A stretch of DNA of 64,000 nt. It comes from Yuukianura sp. NJ FZ-2021. Taxonomy: Eukaryota. Within the stretch, counting starts at the first letter, position 1; the number at the start of each line of letters is the position of its first letter. The position numbers were made by a program, and so were the translations under genes. This document shows, one piece after another, positions 50,681 through 64,000 of the stretch. Under the pieces are notes generated by a model. It had not been told where the DNA came from and ran no database searches. It worked only from the letters and a program-made list of their open reading frames with translations. The stretch is from assembly GCA_046563655.1 (NCBI GenBank), contig CM102290.1:15004001-15068000 (forward strand), given 5' to 3'.

Positions 50681-53235
50681 TGAGATGTTGTTGCGTGGAG
50701 GTTGGTGGAGCGACTGAAGGGAGTCTGGACTGCCTCTGCGTAAAACTCTCCACAGACTCTGGAACTCATGGAAACAAGTGACACACTACCTTACACGCCA
50801 AATCATAACTCTAACACAACCTGCATTAACATACTCTAACATAACCTACATTAACATCATGTTGCCACATTCAACTGGACACCGTTTCATCAACACAGTT
50901 CATTTACATGTTCTAAATAAAATCAATCTCAATTTGACAAAATACGCACAAAAAAGTAGAGACTAAAAAGTAAAAAGTCCATTTGTGAAAATATCGTACT
51001 GATTGAAACTAAATACTCCAACAACAGTATTTTGCGACCGAGGGAAATATTTTTTGTAATCATTAGACATAGAATTTGGAAAAGAGATTGCATGTGATCA
51101 TTATTTGTGATTTTTACATAAATTGTTTGCGTAATAACACACAATACTAATAACATTTTTCCTCTTCCGAGAAATTCAATACCCAAAAAACACATTTTCT
51201 TATCGTGGCGTTTCGAAACTAAACAAAAACAAAACTGAGAAAAGAGTGACCTTTTGGTTGGTAGGAAAAAGAAGCAGCAAAGGCAAAAGGTCAACCCAAT
51301 TTCCATAAAAACTTAAAAAACAACAAAGAAGTACAATTACAAATTGCAACTCAAAGTTGTCTAAACTTTCATTAAAGGCGGTTACTAAGCGACATTTCAA
51401 TTCTGTTTTACCAAAACATTTTTCCAAATTTTACTTGATCAATTTTTTCAGTTTCCCTAATTCAATAATTACCGTAGGGAAAAAACAAGTTAAACCTAAA
51501 GATTAAAAAACTTAAAAGGAAACAAAATAGTGGAAACCATTTCTGGAAATTTAAGTGGAACAAAATTCGTTATTTCCCGCACTCCAATATTCCAGCACTT
51601 CAATTATGGAAGTTTGGTCCCAGAGTGGAAATTGTTGTTTTGTGTTGTAAGTTTTTGTGTTTGAAGTTATGTTTTGTGTTTTTTGAAGATTTGGTAAGAG
51701 AGTGGGTGTGGTGACTGTGTGGGTTGAATAATTGATTGAGCAAGTTGTAGCATGATGTCCGCCGTTCCTTGTGATTGAGCTTGTCTTTTGTCCGTGTATC
51801 ATAAATATTTGAGGTATGCTGTTGAGAGAGTGGAGACCATAAAGTTGGCAAAGGTCAACCAAAAAGGAAGGCTTCACCAGGGAAATGTACCCACCGCACT
51901 CCCAACTTCAACCAAGTTGGGTGACCCAGGTCAAGGTCATTCCAGTCGAATCAGACCACCACAATGTCCAGTTCCATGCACCTAACCTTGTCCAGTTGTG
52001 TGAGTTCCAGTGGGTCCAGACGAGCTGGACCTAAGTTGGGGTGGGAAAATAGCCGGCCTGACGAAAGTGACTCACGGATCCGGGCATTTGAGGAGGGTGG
52101 AGATGCGTCGTGTGCCTCCAAATCCCTCCAGCATGACTCATCTCACAATGGAATGGAGGAAGCTGCGACGAGGGAAAGCGGGCCTTCCAAGGCTCCCCTT
52201 CGCATCTCCCCTCTCTCCATCTGGTCCACAATCAAAGGGAGCCTTGGAATAATTATCCCCCGGCACGATCTCCCCCTCCTCCCCCCGGCCCAAAGGCATC
52301 TTCCACTACAGCCACATTCACACTTTAGTCACGGACTGCACAATCACACTCCAACACACTTTCTCCCAACCCAGCAACAGCTCAACTAATTAAACACACC
52401 AAAACACCCTTAATGACTTCAAAGTCACAAATATTGACCTCACGTGACCTCATCTTCTCGGAGGAGTTGAAGTAAAGGTCAGAGTCATTTGTTGTTTCCT
52501 GTCCATTGAGTGTCTCTTCACTTCTCTTCCGAAAGGTGCAGAATCATTTCCAGCATAAAATGAAAGTGAATGGAATTCCAGCTCTCCAATGCCGCTCAAA
52601 AATATGATGTTCAAATACGAACTGTGGACATCTCATGTGGAAACAGAGCGACATGGAGCCACTGCCCTCAAAAAAGTAGGGGAAGCCAAAGAGGAAAACA
52701 TGAAAAGGAAAGGGGGAAACCCAAAAAATAGAAAAGAGAAAAGAGATAAAGAGTTTCATACAAGAGAGGAGTTGCAGAAGAGAAGCTGGAGAGAGGGGAA
52801 GAGAGAAAGAGAGAAAAGGATTAAAATATTCTGTTGATTTTTGCAGGAATCCTCTCATTTGAGTAGTTTCTAGGCCAGTTGACATCCAGACATTGAAATA
52901 CACAGGAAAAGAGAAATCAAAGGAGAAAAGAGAGTGAAAGTTGAGATTTCTAAAATAAATCTCCTCATTCCAACCTCATTACCATTTACTTCTCCTCCCC
53001 TTTTTAAAACTCACAAAACTAAAAAAGAGAGAACAAACTTTCACAAAATCTCGCCACGCATAAGGAGCAACAGACAGTAGGCGGAATAAACAATTCAAAA
53101 TCAACGACACTCTGTCCTACGTTTTTTCACAAATGAAATTTATTACAATTTCATTCCAAAAATTCAATTTTTTCTAAAAACTAGAAAAAATTTACAAAAA
53201 TTTATGGTTGAGATTTGAAAAAAGTGAATTGTTTT

Positions 53236-56200
53236 TTAAAACTTTCCGCCTTTTTGGTGGAATCTTAGCCTGAGGCGGCTACAGAAGTCATAGACAGGAA
53301 ATCCTGCGACACTGTAAAAGTCTCCATCAATCTTCTGCACAAAAGAGTTGCCCAAACCTTGGATCCCGTAAGCTCCTGCCTTGTCCCTGTCAACACAAAA
53401 AATAACCATCACATGGTTACCGTAACCACTGAGTAACCACCTTAGTCATAACCAAACTTTAGCAATTCTAATCGCACTTACTAATTCTAGGCCATAGTTT
53501 CCAGATCCCATTTCCCACAGTTAACTTTTGAAAAATTTAAACAAAGGAGGAGAAAAGACACGAAGAACTTTCCCATTTCTTTTCTCATTTGAGAAATGCG
53601 TGAAACACAATGACTTTTCCTTGACACTCGCATCACAGATTACGTCAGTCCAACACTTCCATAACCTAACATTTCCAACCTAACATTTCCTCAGCGTCTT
53701 CCGCTCCGCCATTCGTCCTTCCCCTTATTTTTTCTCAAATGAGGGCAGTCCAAGGCTCAAGTTGACTTTCTCTCCCCGGGGTTTTTTGTCGCCAAGGAAA
53801 AAGCGGGGAATTTCAATTTGAATTAGAGTGGCCATTGACTCAAACGTACCTTGGTCCCACCCACTGGTCAAATGAAAATATTTCCAAAAAAGGCGGGATT
53901 TGGAAAGTTGGCAGGAGAGAGATTCCTCCTGTGGTCCTAATCATAGAAACCCATTCCTCCCTAAGCCTCTCCAAACGACTTTCTCCTCCACTTTCCCCAA
54001 CATTCAATTTCTCCACCAAATCACTCTCACATTAACTTCACCAAATTCAACCTCACTGTACCAAAAGTCAACTCAAATGTTCAAATAACTGAGCACATGA
54101 CCTCAACACACCAAGGTCACCTTACAATACACATTCATTTAGTGATTAAGGTTGCCTTACATCGGTTCTCCAGTGTTGATGTAGTGCATGATGTCCGTGT
54201 CAGACAGAGACCCCAGTGTGACGATCGTGTAGTTGAAAAAACAGTCAACTTCTCTCCCTGTGTCACCCTTCCAAGACAAAGCGACTCCAGTGAACACGTC
54301 ATGCTCCCTTCCCCTCAAACTAACAAAAATTACAGACTTTTTAACATCATTTCTTTCAAACCTACCATCGTAGCACGCGGCGTGCCAAAGTTGGGTCAAG
54401 TTTGTGGGACTTCGCCCAAGGTTCCTTGACAACCATTTCGGTACTCTTTAACAGGTTGCATAATACCTCGGTTGTGTACCAAAAAAAAAACGGAATACCA
54501 AAAGTACCAACTCCAAAAATTAGAACTTCGGGTACCAATTCGTTTGTAAAATTTTAAAAATTCATTTAAAATATTATCGTTACGGTAACCTGGAATGCAA
54601 ATTAAGTTTTTTGTGAAATCTAAAAAAAACATGAATTATTATGGAACCTGTTAACGAAAATTAAGTCAACAAACCTTGGGCTCCCCCAAACCTGCTTGTT
54701 TTGTGTAGCAAATTGACAATGCAATCGTACTTTTGGAGCATTTGGAGTGCCTTGGTAGGAGTCTCTGGCTTCCCAAAAATGTGTCCATCACAAACCACGA
54801 TCGTGTCAGCTCCGATGACGAGGTCAGGCTCACCCACTTCTGCTGGAAACTTCACATGCTCCACTTTCTTCTTCGCCAACGCCATCACATACTCCCCCTT
54901 ACTCTCATAGTCAGACGGATCCAGTAGACTTTCATCATAGTCAGACGACTGACAACTAAAGTTCAAACCCTCAAAACAAAAACAAAACATCAAATCACAA
55001 CTGTTCACAAAAGAATTCATCTAAATACAAAACTCTCGCTCAACCTGCCAAAAATCGATTGGAAAATAACAAAAAAACCGTGAGAAAATCGTGGTGTAAA
55101 CCTTGCCTTAGCCCCCCGTAAATCTTTTCCGTCTAAAAGAGAAACATCTTCATGCATGATCTTTTCGGTCGTGCTGAGAGGGGAGTTTGGATGAGAGTTT
55201 TGAAGGTGAATGAGAGTGAAGGGGAGAAGAGTGGAAAAAGTATGGATTTTTGGTCTCCTGTAGCCAAATCCACTAAACTTTTTGGCATGGGAGAAAGAGA
55301 GGCAGGGAAAGTAATAATCCTTCCGTTCTGCTCAAACCACACGAGAACAAACAACAGGTTACAAAAACCAGAGGAAAAAGGCGCCAAAAAATCTATAAAA
55401 TAACAATAGGTTTCACTCTGGCTTGGACCCACAACTCTCCCTTCAGACCAAGAATGATGATCCGCCTTCCCTTCACTCCGCAGTTCATTTCTTACTTCTG
55501 GGTGGGGCAGAGGTGGCAACCAACCGGTGGTGGCTCCTGTTGCCCCACCATTTACACACGACGACAATCTCCAAGCCAAGGACTTTCTCCCTTTCAATAA
55601 CTGTCACTTGGAATTTGAATTCAAATTTATATGGACCCCCCTTCATAACGTCGGTCTCTCTATCCAGAAGTACAGAGCTAGTCACAAATCCAAAAACAAA
55701 AACTTTCCCGCTTTCACTTTTCGTAATTTTGGCGTTTCAACTCCAAAAGTACGCAAGGTTAGTTTTAAATTCTTACATAAAACATTTTCCTCTATTTCAT
55801 AAAATTTTAACTTTTGCGATTTTCTTATTAAACTTAATTTTCACTTTTTGGTTTCCACAGTTTGCTTTATCACTTTTTTCTAGTAAAAGTATGTAAGTGA
55901 AAGTGGTTGAAACGAGTTGAAAGTGCTAGCCCTGTACACTGGTGACATTAGAATATGCTTAGTACTTCCAATATTTTAAAGACGATTAGAACAACAAAGG
56001 AAATCGTACATGTGGAAACTCCTTTCATTATGCACCACTTTGTCCTCATTCACTTTTTCTAAGTGAAACTCCAACCTGAGACAGATGGTTCCACTTTCAC
56101 TTTGTCCCATTAAAAGACGCTTCTCCATACAATCGCTGGAGAAATGGGTGGAGAAATGCTGAAATGGCTGGAGAGGGACACAGCGGATGTGGACTCATTG

Positions 56201-58321
56201 TCACTATTTGCCCTCTGCACTTAAACTCACCAAAATGAAGGCACAAGTCACTCATTCACTTCTCTTTTTTCAAAATCAACTGTACACAGACTGGAAAAAA
56301 CAACTTTCTCCACCATCTCGCTTCTCTCCCCAACAATTCAAATCCAAGAACAGAAACAAAAGATTCTCAAGGCTTAAAAGCTTTTCTAAATTTTTAAAAA
56401 ATCTCAAACTACAAACATTTTTCAAACCGGTTTAAAAATTTAGCGGGTTTAGCTTTCTCGTGCGCCCAAAAAAAGTTAATATCCCAACTACGCTTCCTTC
56501 CAAAACTTCCAACTTTTGTTTTTTTTTAAATTGCCATACAATGCTATGTTTAATACGCTCCACGCTACTTTTTTTTTTAAAAATCCTCCGACTTGTAAAA
56601 TTGTAAGAATAGAATAAGGAAAGTGAAGTGACTTAAAGGAGCATTAGAGTCGGTTTCCCCTTTTCCTTGGAAATGTAGCGGGAGAAAGTTGTGGTAAATG
56701 GAATTGGGCTTAAGGTAAGAAGTGGAATTGGAGGATTTGGGTGGTCGTGATCATTGTGAAAGTGGTTTATGTTAAGTGTGTTATGTGGACTAATGGAGAC
56801 GTGGATGGACGGGGAGTATTAGGGGGAAAGTGGCCATTTCCTGCCCTGTGCTGGACACGGTCTCCTTTGTTCTTAATTATTTAAACGGAGTAAGAATGAG
56901 GTTGGAGAAAGTGGAGGAGAAAGCAGGGCATTCCAGCCCACCTTTCTTAGGAATCACGTATTGATTAAACTCAACCTCTACTACAATCCACTACAAATCA
57001 CACACACAGTCACCAACAGCTCCCCAACGCCCTCTACACTCCCAAACACAAACATTTCCCGCCAATGGAAAACTAAATGGTGGAGGTTAATTCTACAAAA
57101 GAAAGTCAAATGGACTGAAATTTGAGCCAAGGATCCTGATTGGCCGAGGCGCATTCCACGAGAAGCTTCTGATTGGCTCCCTGAGATTGGCGTAGAGTCT
57201 TGGACTTGAAGTTTCCTCTGAAGAAGGAAAAAGTGAGGAAATGGAAAGTTGGAGGAAATGGAAAAGGTAAGCGGGACAAGCGAGTGAGGGGTAATGAGCG
57301 GGAGGAAATGAAGTGCGGACACTTTGTGGTGTAGTCAGTTGGGAAATGAAAATGTATTGATAAAACGTGTTCATACAGGGACTAACTTTACATTTTTATG
57401 AATTATGGCTACTTGGTTTCAAAGGAGTTGGTGGTGGTGGTGACAGGAAGCAGAGCAAAGGAGGCAACCTCCACAAAACCAGTTCACACAAATTACAATA
57501 CGCCTTTACGTCATTTTTTCCAATCGCTCCATCCCCACCGAAAAAATACCAATTTTCTATAAAAAACGGAAAAAAAACTAAACTAGAATGAACACTCTTG
57601 CCAAAAAAAAACGAAGAAAAAACATTTATGCCTTTGTTGTTGAATATTTATGGCTGTTTTAGTAGATTTGATGTTTTGTTGGTTTAAGGATGTTCCAGCT
57701 GAGAAATTAAGTATGACTAAATAAAAGATTGGTTTTATAAGGGAGATTTTAGGATTAGATGATGAGAAAGTTGGGAGTTGGTGAAATGAGAGTCATAAAA
57801 GAGTGGGAGAAAGTAGCAACTGACATCAAATACTTTTAGGTGAAGACACACTGTGTCCTCCTACACTAAAAACTTGTTAGTTCTTCATAATCTTAATCCT
57901 GGCTTTACCCCGGTGGATCCCCACAATTGAAATCCAACACAAACTGATTTTTACCACCAGCGGAACTTTACGTTTTTGTGTCCAACGTAAGAGATTTATG
58001 GTGGCCAAAGTTTAACAATTGACGGGATCCTACATCAATTTATAGAATTGTATTCTTTCCGGTAACTTTTGAATTGGAACGTAAACGGATTATTCTAAAC
58101 GTGACCCCAATAGCTTTCCCCCATTTTTACACAAATCAGGAATCGAAAGTAAAACTTTGGAAACGTTATGGCGACGTTACTTAGCGCCTAACTTAGACTT
58201 CCGTTAGTTAATTAGATAAAGGTCAACTCACCAGTTGCTGCAGCATCTCCTTCCGACGAGGTGACCCACTCGCAAGTACAATTCGAAGTAAATTCAATTG
58301 ATCCAGTTGTTGGCCGAACAT
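53236..58321 (-). CDS. Stand-alone Maf-family (YhdE-type, ASMTL N-domain-like) dTTP/UTP pyrophosphatase, about 212 aa
   Basis: Phase-consistent exons 58321-58232, 54969-54731, 54319-54161, 53386-53236. Motifs [33 protein letters not shown] and [20 protein letters not shown] near 53140. Confidence 0.93.
54415..54680. mobile_element. MITE family copy 3, in Maf intron 2
   Basis: cccaaggttccttgacaac..ttaacaggttgcataatacc ... ggtaccaatt ... aacctgttaac..gtcaacaaaccttggg; reverse orientation relative to copy 1. Confidence 0.7.
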
Positions 58322-59682
58322 TTTATTTCCAACTGATGATTCAGACAGGGTAGCCTAGAAAATGACCAAATAAGCACAGTACAGACGATTTGTCAACAAA
58401 ATACATCGATAGTTGTAGTTGGATATTCGATAAAGTCTAGCACAGGCTCCATCTCTTTCTGCTTTGTTTAAATGTGAAGATACTGCGACATACTGGATAC
58501 AAACTGATGATTCCGACTTGAGGATGCTGTTGACAATCAATTAGTAATTGCTAAACATGCACTGGTACTGTACCTGTTTGTCGATGATGTTAATTGTTGA
58601 TGGAGACAATTAAAACGATTATTAAAGTTGACTTTTCCCGAGGACGAAGAACAAAGAAGAGAAAAATGAGGAGAAAATGAAGCCAAGAACAGCTGACCTC
58701 TGTTGACAAAAATTCAAAATTATTCCCGCCTTTTCACCCAATCCAGAGTCGGGCATCTCGAAAAGTATTCTCACCTTTCCTCCTGTTATTCCCAGCATCT
58801 CATTCGAAACAAAAAGTTTCAAAACGTTAAAAATTTCATCAGTTACTTTTTTTTAATTACTTTAATTATTACTGAACTTAATTGATTTAAAGTATATGCA
58901 ATCTGTTGTTAATTGCTGTACAATAGAGAACAAGAACAAACAGAAATTACCAAAATAAATATTAACACTCTTGTAAAATATCCGTAGTTTTAAGCACCAT
59001 TTAAGTTGAAATAAAAGTGGCTAATAATTTAACTATTCAATTAACTTTGTGGTTCATTATAATGTGAATCTAAATTAAAATAAGTAAAGGTAATTAGCTG
59101 CTTGCCCGCCTATGCAACGACCATGGGTTTGTGTAGGTGTTTTAGTGGGACTTTGTTGTTATGCCAAATTTATCACCTTCTGATTGGCTGTTACACGTCA
59201 GCTGATGTTTCTGCCAGAGATCATCAGTAGACGAGATCACTAAACACTTTTGTACTAAGAAGGCACTGACCTCACTCATCTGCATCTTGGAACAACGTAA
59301 ATAACTTCCTAGAGGTCAACAGACACCGCCAGAGTCAACATTACACTTCCTCTTGTGGTTTCACTAATCTCCTATCACTTATCACTGCACAACGACGTAC
59401 AAGGTTCGCAATATCCTTCTTAGTCCTTTGTTAACTTAGGTTACCATGGTAGCAACCAACTCACTTAATTCCCGTCCTTTCATTGACAGAAACAGACGAA
59501 GGAGATAACAATCGGTTGACTGGATTGGGGTTGGAAGCCCACTTCCCGGTTTTCGAACAGAACTGCTTAATCGTGATTAAGCAACTAAATACTGACACTC
59601 ACAACTGATTAGTTGAGAGCCAATTTACAATACAAGTGCCAAATTCATCGTCTTCACTGTCGTTTTCATTGAAGTATCCACA

Positions 59683-61999
<2,317 letters not shown>

Positions 62000-63386
62000 A
62001 AAGGTTACGAAATCCCAACAATCAGAGAAAATGTGGATTCGGCGCAACAGTCATGAACAAAAAATGCGCTGGGAATGTTACGTTTTAGGCCAAATTGATC
62101 AAAATGAGCAAGTCTTTCAAAAAATAAGTGCGATGAATCATGTATTAGCATTCAGTTGCAATCCAACGCTGCTTTTGAACCACATTTGGCAATAAATGCT
62201 CAAATTTTTACTCCAAAACTCCAATTCAAATTTTCTTTTTTGCTTTCTGCGAATTTCAATGTTGGAAAAACAAAGTTAACTGGCAGCAGTGCGGGTGAGA
62301 ATTTTTATTGTAGGTGAGAGGAACTTTTTGCAATTTTTTTGCCTTGCCAGGCTGTATGACGAGAATTCTCTTCCAGAAAGTTGGATCTCCTGGAGTACAT
62401 TCAACTCGTCACCTTCAACAACCTCCAGCATCTAAAATTACACCAACAGCTATACTCATGCTAGCCACATTTTCAAAATACTTTTTCAAAATTTCAAAAA
62501 TAATTTGAAACATGCTTCAGGATTTGGAAATTTTCTGCCTCCCAACTCACATCTTCAGTCTCAACCACTGAACTGTTTTTAAAATGGGCTTTTTAAATTT
62601 TTGCAAAAGCTGCATTTTAAACAATTTGTGCCGTGAGATGGTGGCTGACTTATGTAAAAGTTTGAATTATTTGAGTGTTTTTGGATTTTTTAAATTTGAA
62701 ATGAGTTGATGTCATGTTGTCATGCACATCCGTTGTCAACATTTTAATTGTTAGGCTGTTGACGTTGGGCGTGTGACGTGGTTTGGAACATGAGGGAGTG
62801 TCGCCGTGACATTGAATGTCACCGTGACATTGGGAAGTGACGATGCTTGTGATCATGATTAATGTCCTCATTCATCCAATTCCCGCAATTTTAGTGTACG
62901 TCCACATTTGTTCTACCTTTGCATTTCAATCCAGCATATTTTTACTGGCGGTGGATTAGGTCAAAAAGTTCAAGGTTAAACGTGCTCTACTATGTATTTT
63001 AATGTGGAATTTTGAAATTCAAATTCCAATTTTCCAAATTTTGTGAAACGCTTGGCTGAAGCACGACTGAACATATTGTATAGTTTGGATTTACGTCAAC
63101 TTTAAAAAGTGAATTGACACACAAACTGTGTTGGGATAACACAAACAAAGTTCCAAGGTCACCGCTGACGCTCGTCACGAACTCTTTGCAAAATTCCATT
63201 GTGTCTAATCCTACAGATCCTTTGACCTTGACCTTTAGTCCATTTTTAAAGCATTTTGGACCATAGTGTACAAGTAGCCAATGCAAAAACTTTGTCTTTG
63301 AGCAGAAAAACAGTCGTGACGATAGGAGCGGCGGAAGGGGCGGAGCCTCGCTCAGAGCAGCTATGAACTGCATTACAAGTTTGTAC

Positions 63387-63460
63387 TGAATTTGCAAGTT
63401 GTGAATTTGCGAACTGTGAATTTGCAAGTTGTGAATTTGCGAATTGTGAACTTGTGAATT
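63387..63460. repeat. 15-bp minisatellite
   Basis: tgaatttgcaagttg/tgaatttgcgaactg, about 5 copies. Confidence 0.85.
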
Positions 63461-64000
63461 GGATTAATTGAAAGTGCATCTCCATGCGGAGGGAGCTTCC
63501 TGGAAAGGCTAATCTGGTTGAGAACTGTCGTCATGTTGAGGTCTGTTGGATGTGCTTGTGATTTTGCGGTTGCTGAAAGTTAATTAGTGGAAGTTAATTA
63601 AGAGGAGAGTTAAAGTTAACTAGGTTTGGTTAGTCCCTACCACCCCACTTTTGAGCAGAGTTGAGTTGGGAGAGCAGTGTTGCTGGAGTGTGGTCCAGTG
63701 CTTCACTCCTGTCCAAACGCTCAAAAGTCTTGTTCGGAGAGTGAGGTTAGTGCTTTTGTGCAGTGTGTTCCACAAGAGTGTGTTAAGTGTGCCACCAGGT
63801 GGGACGACCTCAAACAAAGTCCAATCACCCCAACTTCAATTAATGTTTTCTCTTCATTCCACATTTCAACTCCGTTCCACGTCAACCCACCATCAAGCGT
63901 TCAAGCGAACCGCTGCACTCAAAGCGCAAAATTGAAGCGCCTGAACCCAACAGTTAGCACGGAGGCAGAACGGAATCGTCCGAAAGGCAGAACACACAAA

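Noticed and set aside
53236..58321. Maf domain lacking the ASMTL methyltransferase domain, as a possible truncation or bacterial transfer
   Set aside because: Complete intron-containing ORF with stop and poly(A) signal; stand-alone Maf proteins are ordinary in invertebrates.

Overview
Eukaryotic, intron-rich, AT-rich genomic DNA with many short (~50-80 nt) GT-AG introns; probably an arthropod/pancrustacean, since neurotactin, brat and TCAGTT initiators are present. Seven spliced protein-coding genes were reconstructed by hand: eIF4G2/NAT1/DAP5 (-), a CRAL-TRIO/Sec14-like protein (-), a PP2C phosphatase (-), neurotactin (+), brat (-), a stand-alone Maf nucleotide pyrophosphatase (-) and ABHD18 (+). 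There are also several MITE-like/non-autonomous elements, minisatellites and two apparently non-coding spliced exon chains. Main observations: (1) eIF4G2 has no usable AUG and appears to start at an ACG in optimal context, colinear with the vertebrate GUG start; (2) an orphan histone 3' stem-loop with a downstream element lies between 92-bp perfect inverted repeats, with no histone ORF; (3) this Brat lacks intact B-boxes. Exon coordinates are manual predictions without transcript support.
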